Assembly (NCBI GenBank): GCA_963726255.1
Contig: CAVSBL010000002.1
Location: 1,568,001 to 1,632,000 of the forward strand
Direction: 5' to 3'
DNA from: Candidatus Bathyarchaeota archaeon
Lineage (GTDB): Archaea; Thermoproteota; Bathyarchaeia; 40CM-2-53-6
DNA: 64,000 nt
The notes beneath the pieces are model-generated. The model had not been told where the DNA came from and ran no database searches. It worked only from the letters and a program-made list of their open reading frames with translations. Shown piece by piece: positions 20,008 to 28,789 of this stretch (within the stretch, counting starts at the first letter, position 1; the number at the start of each line of letters is the position of its first letter). A program made the translations under genes and the position numbers.

Positions 20008-22781
20008 TTAAGGCTTATTCAAGGTGACGACCGCTCTGGCTGGGTTGTGATCATTGTCTCCCGGCCAAGTGGCGGTTAGCATGAAGCTCCCAGATACGCT
20101 AACTGTCCAAGTGAAGTTCATTGTTGTGGAGTTCATGATTAAACTCCCAATCGGTACGAAGGTCTTGTTGTCGAGGCTGTATGATACGGTAACGTTGGCT
20201 CCAGTGACGAACGGTGTCATTTGAACCGTCACCGTTACGTTCGACCCTACGGGCACTGAACTGGTTGATGTTGAGATACTTAGGGCGACGTTCGCCACCG
20301 TTACGGAAACTTGTTGGGGCGCCGTTGAGGTCTCTGAGTACGGCCCTTGCGCACCTAGGTAGTGGGCTCGGACTAGGACGTTTCCAACGTCAGGTGTCCA
20401 AGCGTAACTATACGTCCCGTTTGAAGATACAGGGACCGATCTTATTGGCAACCAAGATTGGCCGCTGTCATCGGAATATTCCAAATTCACTTGTGGGTTA
20501 CTGATTGTCAGTGGCTTTCCAGAGGTATCCGTGAGGTTTCCGGCAAAGATCACTTGATCTCCGTATGTTAGCTGGCTTTTGACTGGCTTAAGGGTTAGGA
20601 GAGCCGGTTTTCCAATTTTGACTTGGTACAAGAATACGAAGTTGTTCGAGGAAGAGAAAACACGCGTAAGGTATGGAGAAGGCTGCTCAGTGCCTGACGT
20701 TGTCGAGAAAGCCATCATGTAACCGAGCATGGTGTGGTCGTTAAGCCGGTTATTTGTGGCGATCGTGTCGTTACTCACAATCTTCCCCTTCGAGTCCATT
20801 AACACCTGAGTGTAACTTGCACTGGTACTACCAGTAGAAGTGCCGGTAAGGGTTTCCTGGTAGATGACCTTGTAGTTCTGCCACATTGTGTTGTTTCCGA
20901 TGCGTGCCATCCAGTACCATTTCCCATCCTCGCCGAATCCCTGGTAACCTCCCGAAGTGCCCCCTGACGGGGTGATGAAGAATGCCACGTATGACACGTT
21001 GTAGCGGCGAGGTTAGGGATTGCCAGGGTCATATTGTCGAGGAAGGTTTGAGCTATCATAGCTATCTGCGTGGAGTTCTGGGTACCGTTATCTGCAAGGG
21101 TCCGCCGTTCGCCCAATGCGGTTATCCAGTATCCGTAGTCCCACCAAGCGAAGATAACCGATCCCGGAGCTGTATTCTGCCGCATCCACGAGAGCGCCTC
21201 AAGCCAATCCGAATACTTCAACTCCTGCCCTGATGGTGGAGCCGTGGGAATACTCGAAGTGACGATTGTTGCGGGTTGGTATGATCCGCGCACCGCAGTC
21301 CAGAACGTTGGGATTATCGCTATGAGAAGGATTAGGAAGATGGCGACGCCGAACTCTCGGCCTACTCTACTTATCACCCGAGTTTTATGTTTCGGATATA
21401 TCACCGCCTCGCGCACAATGTCAACTGCGGGTTTGCCGAGTTCCACCGTGCCGATGGCCGCTAAGAGGCAGAAGGCTGGAGCAAGGAGCAACGTCAGACG
21501 GACGAAGGATGCTGCAAAATAGACAGCGGTTACTCCCCAGAGAAGGACGAAGATATCATCGTCTCTAGACCTTTGCAATATGAAAATGAACCCGAACAAA
21601 ATCAGAAAAATAAGGGCTCCAAACTCGTAGTAGAATGAGCCCCATGTTGCCGGCTGGTGTTCAGCAACACTCTGAATGATTGGAACGTCACCACGTATGA
21701 ACGGATTTATTACCGCATAGAATTTGCCGTAGGGTAGAGAGACGATGTGCAAATAGGAAAGGCCGCTCACCACGAGTATGGTTCCAAGTACCACGGTCGC
21801 CAACGTGTAAATCTGATGCTTCCTGTTCGTGATATATGTGGACGCCTCGCGAACGAGCAGAATGACCTCCCCAACAGGGATTACAAGCCAAGTAAAGTCA
21901 CTGAGGGAGGCCAAACCCAACTTGGGAACCAAGAAGGGTGTAAAGAGCAAGAATATTCCCATAGCAACTGAATAGCTTATGAAGAATTTTTTCGAAGAAC
22001 GCCCCAGAATCCCCAAGACCATCGCGTACAAAACCAACAAGTCGAGCGGGAAGTATGCCGCTGCCCATGAGGCAGCCAAGTAGAAGAGCAAAAAGCCAGT
22101 CAAGCCAGCATATATCAGCGTCCTGCGAGTCGAGGAGTTAGGCAGAGTCGACCTCCTGAAGAATAGGAAAATCAGAATCATCAGCAGAATGCCAAGCGGC
22201 TCATGACGAAGGAAGCCAAGTTGGGTTCGGCCAATACTACTTGGGTTCAAAGCCAAAAACAGGGCAGTGAATAACCCAGCGCCCTTTCCCCAGAAATCTT
22301 TCCCAAGAAAGTAAGCAGCCAGAACGGTAATGGTTCCTGCGACTACGGGGAAAATTACTGCCACTACAAACACGGATGCGTTTACGCCCACATCGTGCAA
22401 GAACATTGTAATAGCCGCTATCACGAAGGCTGTGCCGTACAGATTCCACGTCGGCATATCCGCACCGTATGGATACCAACTCATCGTATCATGCCAACTA
22501 AACCAAGCCAGGAACCCGTGATCGACTACATACTGCGCCATACGCCATTGCAAGTATGGATCAAATTCGTTGAGGAAGAAGCCCCAGCGAATCGGCATTA
22601 TGCGGACTGCTAGTGCCAAGAGGACAATCAAAGCAATTACAATTGCTTCGATGACTGTTCCCCTAGAAATGCCGGAGAGAACTTTGCGGGTTCCTTCGAC
22701 CCGGCCGGCAAGAGTCTCGCGGTTAATGTATTTCCCCAAGAAGCCACGGAGCTTCCTGAGCGCTTGCCGGGTTGCTGACAT
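20008..22781 (-). CDS. aglB: Oligosaccharyltransferase STT3/AglB with C-terminal Ig-like extension (single-base frameshift near 21005)
   Basis: EFDPY, SVAEHQP, WWDYG, DNGTQN, then EDGKWYWMARIG in the next frame; about 924 aa once repaired. Confidence 0.9.
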
Positions 22782-23015
22782 TCGACCGCCTGCAGATTTT
22801 TCAGACTACACTTTGTGTGTTATAAAAGGTTGGTGAGCTACAACATCAGCTAAACGACGCTGCCCCCAGTTCCTGCAACGGAATTCGATGTTAGACCGTC
22901 CTATCACAAGCCCTGCTTGTCAAATTGACCGCTCCGTACGGTTAAGAAACCAAAGTTCAACTAGCAAAGACCTTTCAGGATTCGGAGCGAATCCGTATCA
23001 GTCGTGGCTGATAAC

Positions 23016-23255
23016 ATGCCCAGCACATACCTTAGGTGCCCTTCCTGCGGGAAAACAAACACATCGGATGCCAGGTATTGCATTGGTTGCGGGTCAATAC
23101 TGAATCCAGTTTACTGTTCTTCTTGCGGGACCAGTAACCCCGATGGCTTGGAGCATTGCCTGGAATGTGGGAACACGCTCCCCACACTAACAGGCGTTAG
23201 TTGGAAGCCGATCGTTACTGTCCTCAGGCCCACTTCAGCAATGGTTAACCTCTGA
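23016..23255 (+). CDS. Double zinc-ribbon protein
   Basis: Four CxxC pairs (CPSC, CIGC, CSSC, CLEC). Confidence 0.75.
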   Translation: MPSTYLRCPSCGKTNTSDARYCIGCGSILNPVYCSSCGTSNPDGLEHCLECGNTLPTLTGVSWKPIVTVLRPTSAMVNL

Positions 23256-23348
23256 AATCGCCGTGGAACCACAGTCCCGCTGAAGAACCCTCCTCTGAGA
23301 CGTCCTATCGCAAACTATGAGAACCTTGAGAACACGGGCTGGCACTGC

Positions 23349-24473
23349 CTATCTCCTTCTTGAATAACCATACTTGCTTGGGTCATAGAAGGGCGTTTTG
23401 ACTATCGTTCCTTCCTCCCGCCGATCTCGCACCTCAACTCCGACAACCGCGCCTTCGCGGGCAATTTCGCGGCCAACGTATCCCATTGCGATACCCCTGT
23501 TCAGAACAGGTGATAGGGTTCCGCTTGTGACCGTTCCTACAGCTTTCTCCTGATGAATAATGTTGAAACCGTGCCTGGGAATGACACGCCTCTTTGTCAC
23601 TAGGCCGATGCGTGTTCTCGGCGTTCCCTTTTCTTTAAGTTCCTGCAACCTTTTCTTGCCGATGAATTCTTTGTGCAGTCTTACGACGAAGCCTAGCTTC
23701 GCCTCGAACGGGTTCGTGGTCTCGTCCATGTCTGTTCCATATAGGCAAAGGCCAGCTTCCAAGCGCAAAAGGTCTCTGGCCCCCAAACCGCATACCTCAA
23801 GGCCGTACGGTTTGCCAGCCTGTAAGATACTATCCCAAACCATTTGTGCCTTTTCAGCTCTACCTACCGGAGAATCCCAGACACATAATTCGAACCCGTC
23901 CTCCCCGGTGTAGCCAGTTCTGGAAACCAAGGCCCGAGCTCCAGCAATTTCAGCCCATGCACATCCGAACCGAGGAAGCTTCTCAAGTTGAATGCTGCTC
24001 AATTGCTGCACTACGGAGATCGCTTTGGGGCCTTGCACAGCGAACATCGCAACATCATCTGACACGTCTTGAATGTCGACGCTTAGGCCTCTGGAAGCGG
24101 CCAAAATCCAATCGTAGTCCTTGGACCGGTTCGCCGCATTGTAGACCATTAGGTGCTCAGCTTCCTGCAACCGGAAGACCAGCACATCATCCTTGATTCC
24201 CCCGTCATTGTTGCAGATGAGAGAATACTGCCCTTGACCGCTGCCGAGGGACGCAACATCATTCGTAGTTACAGCGTCAAGCAATCTCTGCGAATCTTCC
24301 CCCCGAATTATTGCACGACCCATGTGACTTACATCGAAAATTCCTGCAGCGTTCCTAACAGCCAAAGATTCAGGGATGATTCCTTTGAACCAGAGTGGCA
24401 GATTGTAACCTGCGAACTCAGCCAAATGTCCATTTTGCTCATGGAAACTCTGCAGCTGCACATCTTTGAGCAA
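23349..24473 (-). CDS. gcvT: Glycine cleavage system T protein
   Basis: FDVSHMG, SRTGYTGEDGFE, GLGARDLLRLEAG. Confidence 0.96.
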   Translation of the reverse strand: MLKDVQLQSFHEQNGHLAEFAGYNLPLWFKGIIPESLAVRNAAGIFDVSHMGRAIIRGEDSQRLLDAVTTNDVASLGSGQGQYSLICNNDGGIKDDVLVFRLQEAEHLMVYNAANRSKDYDWILAASRGLSVDIQDVSDDVAMFAVQGPKAISVVQQLSSIQLEKLPRFGCAWAEIAGARALVSRTGYTGEDGFELCVWDSPVGRAEKAQMVWDSILQAGKPYGLEVCGLGARDLLRLEAGLCLYGTDMDETTNPFEAKLGFVVRLHKEFIGKKRLQELKEKGTPRTRIGLVTKRRVIPRHGFNIIHQEKAVGTVTSGTLSPVLNRGIAMGYVGREIAREGAVVGVEVRDRREEGTIVKTPFYDPSKYGYSRRR

Positions 24474-24510
24474 GCTATTTCGCTCTTACAGCTGCGGAGT
24501 CTTTGTACGG

Positions 24511-24684
24511 CTAGGCCGTTTCTTCGTAAGGAACAATCTTGACTTTCTCAGTTGCGAAATCCAGTTTCTTCTTGCATTGGGGGCAAATACCATTATGCCT
24601 TTGAATGATCTCTGTTGGTGTTTCAAGTTCAAGCCCATGATAGAGAATTGAGCCACAGGCTTCGCAAATAATCTTCTGAGGCAT
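24511..24684 (-). CDS. Small Zn-finger protein
   Basis: MPQKIICEACG...CPQC, two CxxC; co-oriented with gcvT. Confidence 0.72.
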   Translation of the reverse strand: MPQKIICEACGSILYHGLELETPTEIIQRHNGICPQCKKKLDFATEKVKIVPYEETA

Positions 24685-24765
24685 AGTCGAACACACTACT
24701 CATGGGCACAAGCAAGGCAACATATTTTAGCCTCGTGGTCATTTCACATGCGTGTGTCGTAGAAT

Positions 24766-25224
24766 ATGTTGGAAAACCTTCGAATCAAACTACGCAGACT
24801 GCCATGGCGGCTGCAACGAACCTTCACAAATCTCAGTTATTCACTAAGAATCTTCAGGTCGCCTACTGCACGAAGGATGAAGCCTTCGACAACAGTTATG
24901 GCCATAGCAGTTCTTGTGTTCGTCGGCTTCATTTTGGCTGGAGGCATCTACGACATAATGGAACGCCCAATCTCGCTGCTCCCATCTCCTACGGGATACT
25001 CAGTGGTAATCAAAGGAACCTTGGGGCAGCAGACCTTGAACGAGAGCTTGATCGCAGCGTTCCTCTACATGCTTGGCCTCGGAGGGCTGTACATGCTGCT
25101 GCGGAGTACGCGATTTGCCTACAGGCCACGCAATGCCTACCTTCTGCTCATTCTAGGCACTCTTACTGTACTCTTGGTAGTGTTCTATTCGACCGCACTG
25201 ATTAATACCAAAATCGGCGGCTGA
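24766..25224 (+). CDS. OSTC/DC2-like (OST3/OST6 family) 3-TM membrane protein
   Basis: ILAGGIYDIMERP, GQQTLNESLIAAFLYMLG and final K.GG resemble eukaryotic DC2 motifs (recalled, not aligned computationally). Confidence 0.72.
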   Translation: MLENLRIKLRRLPWRLQRTFTNLSYSLRIFRSPTARRMKPSTTVMAIAVLVFVGFILAGGIYDIMERPISLLPSPTGYSVVIKGTLGQQTLNESLIAAFLYMLGLGGLYMLLRSTRFAYRPRNAYLLLILGTLTVLLVVFYSTALINTKIGG

Positions 25225-25234
25225 CCGCATTAGG

Positions 25235-25747
25235 TCACCAGTAGGCCGATTTGAGGCGCAGGCGGTAAGCGACAACATTCGTGAGAAAGTGAACGGGCGG
25301 AGTTACAAAGAGCAGTATTGCAATAGCACCCCAACTGATTCTGTAGAACGGAGAAACGAGCAATAGTGCTCCAACAACAAAGTCCAGTTGGTCTACCCCA
25401 GGCAATGCGCCACCTGGCTTAATTCCAAGCCTCCTCTTCAGAAACGCCCCAGCCAAGTCACCGAAAAGCGCACCTGCTGACGCCAAGAATGCGATTGTAA
25501 ACAGATTCTTTGAAAACAAGATGTACCCAAAGACACCTACTATGGCACCTATGATTAGGCCACTCAGGAATCCGCGGACAGTCTTGTTGTCCCCGAGAAT
25601 CCTCTTCCCATCAGGAAGGGATTTGCCGAAATCGATTGGTAGGCCTCCGCCGAAAATCACTGGCGCGCCGTTCGTGCAGTAGGTTGGCACAATTATAGAG
25701 AGTCCGGAAATCCAATCCTGCGTCGAAGGCCACAAGCTGTCCACCAT
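25235..25747 (-). CDS. carS: CDP-archaeol synthase
   Basis: P....N, PIDFG...DGKRILGDNKT.RG, GDL.G.F.KRR.G, DQLDF, H...N. Confidence 0.95.
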   Translation of the reverse strand: MVDSLWPSTQDWISGLSIIVPTYCTNGAPVIFGGGLPIDFGKSLPDGKRILGDNKTVRGFLSGLIIGAIVGVFGYILFSKNLFTIAFLASAGALFGDLAGAFLKRRLGIKPGGALPGVDQLDFVVGALLLVSPFYRISWGAIAILLFVTPPVHFLTNVVAYRLRLKSAYW

Positions 25748-25781
25748 CAGAAGACGCTAACATTCGATTTGAAAATAAGAG

Positions 25782-26501
25782 TTAGTCCGGAACATCCGAC
25801 AGCCCACTCTGGCTGAGTGCGACCAGGCAGCTAGCCTTCGCAACATCTGAGCCTCCGATTCTCTCTAGAACAAACTCCCTGATACCAGGTTTGGGAGTGC
25901 TTCTAAGCCTGAGAATCGTCTGCGGAAAATGGAACAATGCCCTTCGCGCCACGGGCTCTATTTCTCCTCCAGGCGTTGTGAGGCGAGCGTGAACTTGACT
26001 TGTCAGTATGCAGGCAATCTTACGCGATGAAGATAGTTCACCCAGGTATGCAACCTGTCTTCCAAGGTCCCTGTTCAGACTGAAAATGCTCTCCGAGCTG
26101 GGGAATGCCGAGCGATAGAGCGAACTCATGGAATCAACAACCACCAACCCAAGAGATGGTGTGACATAATTCTCGAGCGATTCAACAACCGTTCTCTGCT
26201 CTGAAAATGTTTCGGGCAAGAATATCAGGATCAATTGGCTGATTTCTTGAGACTCCGCTGCGGCAATCTGATGAAACCGCTGTTGTGTGAAAGAGTGGTC
26301 ACAGTCCAAGTATAGTATTTTGAGGCCACGTTTGGCTGCGGCTGCAGCTGCTTGGATGACAGTAGTTGTCTTGCCCGTTGCGGCTTCACCATAAATCAAC
26401 GCAACCTCTCCTTTTGCGAAGCCCCCCTCAAGCAGCTTATCCAAGCCTTTGCAACCAGTTGGAATTCTTTCTTGAACTGTTGGCGATGAAAGCACCTTCA
26501 T
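25782..26501 (-). CDS. radB: RadB-like RecA-family ATPase
   Basis: IPTG..GLD.LL.GG, GEAATGKTT, VVDS...LYR, SQV; lacks the RadA N-terminal domain. Confidence 0.75.
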   Translation of the reverse strand: MKVLSSPTVQERIPTGCKGLDKLLEGGFAKGEVALIYGEAATGKTTTVIQAAAAAAKRGLKILYLDCDHSFTQQRFHQIAAAESQEISQLILIFLPETFSEQRTVVESLENYVTPSLGLVVVDSMSSLYRSAFPSSESIFSLNRDLGRQVAYLGELSSSRKIACILTSQVHARLTTPGGEIEPVARRALFHFPQTILRLRSTPKPGIREFVLERIGGSDVAKASCLVALSQSGLSDVPD

Positions 26502-26614
26502 AAAGTGAGAGAGGCCGCCTATTTGCTGTCCACTTCCGTGAAATCGGTGTCCCCGATGTACACGAGTGCTGTGGCGATTAGCCTAATGTTGACTCGAGAT
26601 TAATCCCTTTGTTA

Positions 26615-26636
26615 TTGAGCGTCGATACACGCTCAA
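26615..26636 (-). terminator. 8-bp perfect inverted repeat directly after the stop of the orphan ORF
   Basis: TTGAGCGT-CGATAC-ACGCTCAA abuts the stop codon at 26637. Confidence 0.4.
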
Positions 26637-27005
26637 CTAATTACCGGAACTGGTCAGCAATTCCTTTACGATTGCGCGAGGCCTAGCCGCGTCAAGCAGG
26701 CGTGTGAACTGTTTGATCCAGAGCGGGTATAGGCGGAGTTTACCGTAGAAGAATTCTTCGAAGACCAAGTTATCTAGCAGGCTTATGGCTCTACGAACTC
26801 TTGAGTAACCGTAGACCGTTGAGAGCCGGTCGACGTTATCGAGGGAGGGTAGGCTCATGAATTCTGAAGCGATGGTCTCGTATACTTCCTTGTGCTCTTG
26901 CCCCTCTTGTAGCCTCCGTGCCTGCAGTTTTCGTAAAGCCGGCCGTCTAAACACTCGAGACTGTTGCAGCCGCTCTTCGAGCGTAGAGTTGTTCGGTGAA
27001 TTCAT
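26637..27005 (-). CDS. Hypothetical protein (orphan, about 122 aa)
   Basis: Fills the radB-gcvH gap; TATA box upstream and hairpin downstream; no recognisable motif. Confidence 0.6.
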   Translation of the reverse strand: MNSPNNSTLEERLQQSRVFRRPALRKLQARRLQEGQEHKEVYETIASEFMSLPSLDNVDRLSTVYGYSRVRRAISLLDNLVFEEFFYGKLRLYPLWIKQFTRLLDAARPRAIVKELLTSSGN

Positions 27006-27034
27006 CCGAGAATCATTCCCAATATTCGTGCGCA

Positions 27035-27056
27035 ATGCATTTTTAAATTAATGCAT
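27035..27056 (-). promoter_or_regulatory. TATA box flanked by a 7-bp inverted repeat (putative operator)
   Basis: ATGCATT-TTTAAATT-AATGCAT, 30-50 bp upstream of ATG 27005. Confidence 0.5.
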
Positions 27057-27094
27057 GAACGATGGAAGAACGGTCCTCCCTTCCTGTGGAGTCT

Positions 27095-27511
27095 TTATCT
27101 CTTCTTGGTAACTTCCTCGAGAAATTTCATGTAGCCTTCTGCATTCAGCAGGGCTTTCAGGTCGTCTGGCAGGCGCGAAGACTTAACTATAACGATCCAA
27201 CCGGCGCCGTACGGCTCTTGGTTCACTAGTTCTGGTGATTCCACCAATTTTTCATTGCGCTCGACAACTTCGCCGGAAACTGGCGAATACAGTTCGGAGA
27301 CAGCTTTTACCGATTCGACCGTTCCGAATGTGACGCCCTGAGTCAAGGTTTTCCCCACATTCGGCAGATCAACGTACACAGCCTCGTGAAGCGATTTCTG
27401 CGCATAGTCCGTTATTCCGATACGGCATTTATCATTCTCAAGTTTCATCCATTCATGCTCTCGAGTGTAGTACAATCCTTCACGTATTTCGGAATCGGCA
27501 ACTTTCAACAC
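27095..27511 (-). CDS. gcvH: Glycine cleavage system H protein
   Basis: Y.REHEW, GITDYAQ, VESVKAVSE lipoyl-Lys, PELVN..PYG.GW; GTG 27511 has a GGAGG SD. Confidence 0.95.
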   Translation of the reverse strand: MLKVADSEIREGLYYTREHEWMKLENDKCRIGITDYAQKSLHEAVYVDLPNVGKTLTQGVTFGTVESVKAVSELYSPVSGEVVERNEKLVESPELVNQEPYGAGWIVIVKSSRLPDDLKALLNAEGYMKFLEEVTKKR

Positions 27512-27627
27512 CGAACCCTCCCGGCGCACATGGGATGAAGCGATAGCGTATTTAGCAATATGCTCTGAATTCATGTCTGCAGAATTGAAGGCGAACGAAC
27601 CGACCTTTGCAGGATGATACTTGTTTC

Positions 27628-28725
27628 ATGCGACACATGCTCGCAGCCAATAACACGTTACTTGTCCGAGGACCGGCTTCCCTCCGCCTTTTGAGTGGGG
27701 ATGCTGAAGTTCTAGGCGCGTCGTTAGACCGAAATCGCAAATTGGCAGTTAGGAAAGACAAACAGCTTCCCGTAGAAGCGAGAACCCAAGCCGACTTGGA
27801 AATTTTACTTGGCAAGTCCGGAGAGATTTTCGAGATCGGTGGCAGTACCATACCTGCTTCATGGAAGATAGCTGCCGAGGCTTTGGCGGAAATGGAGCAA
27901 GGAAAGGTTATGGTGATTGGTATGACAGATGTTGGCAAGAGCACGCTTTGCGCATACCTGATCAACCGGTTGTTACAGCAAGGGTTGAGCCCTGTTGTCG
28001 TCGATGGAGACATCGGGCAATCAGATATTGGACCTCCAACCACTGTGGGAACTTCAGCACCCACAACTTCTGTCTCTTCGCTCGTTGACCTCAGGCCAGA
28101 GGCGATAATCTTCATCGGCCACACAAGCCCAAGCCATGTCGAAACCAAAATCATCGACGGACTGAAACGGCTTTCTGACCGCATGGAAGATTCACTCACA
28201 ATCATCAACACCGACGGTTGGATCCTTGATCCCGAGGCAATCTCATACAAGGCCAGAATGATCACCGAAACTAAACCGGATCTCGTAATCGGGCTGGCTA
28301 ACGGGACAGAGCTTCAACCCATATTATCTGGGTCAAGGGCCAAATCGTTGAGCATCGATACCGCCAAGGAAGTGTTGGCACGTTCTCGAATCGACAGACG
28401 CGAGATTCGTACAGCGAGCTACCGAAGGTTCCTAGAAGGAGCAAGAACAAGAGCGGTGTCTTTGCAAGGGGTTAGCATTTCAACACCCAAGGGTTTTCCT
28501 CAAGTTGAGGGACCCAAGGCCCGGGAACTGAGTAACCTCGTCGTCGGCCTCCTAAACAGTGATGGTTACATGCTCCAGATTGGCATTCTAATAGGCCTTG
28601 GAAAGGGTACAGCCAGAGTCTACTGCAGACCTGTCGAAGCTGTTCGCAAAATAGAAGTGGGCTACGTCAAACTTTCGACAACCGGAACCGAACTCGGATA
28701 TTTCGAACCAAGACAACCCTACTGA
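27628..28725 (+). CDS. Clp1/Nol9-family polynucleotide 5'-kinase
   Basis: G.TDVGKST, DGDIGQ.DIGPP, INTDGW, R...R lid. Confidence 0.9.
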   Translation: MRHMLAANNTLLVRGPASLRLLSGDAEVLGASLDRNRKLAVRKDKQLPVEARTQADLEILLGKSGEIFEIGGSTIPASWKIAAEALAEMEQGKVMVIGMTDVGKSTLCAYLINRLLQQGLSPVVVDGDIGQSDIGPPTTVGTSAPTTSVSSLVDLRPEAIIFIGHTSPSHVETKIIDGLKRLSDRMEDSLTIINTDGWILDPEAISYKARMITETKPDLVIGLANGTELQPILSGSRAKSLSIDTAKEVLARSRIDRREIRTASYRRFLEGARTRAVSLQGVSISTPKGFPQVEGPKARELSNLVVGLLNSDGYMLQIGILIGLGKGTARVYCRPVEAVRKIEVGYVKLSTTGTELGYFEPRQPY

Positions 28726-28789
28726 AATGATTATCCTTTAATGAACCAAGTACCAACACTCAGCGAAATTCTGTTCGAGTGCATGTGCA

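Noticed and set aside
24702-25205. 167-aa alternative-frame ORF over the DC2-like gene
   Set aside because: His/Cys/Ser-rich shadow composition; the other frame has clear TM helices and family motifs.
27552-28265. 237-aa minus-strand ORF
   Set aside because: Antisense shadow of the Clp1 gene; Ser/Ile-rich with no motifs.
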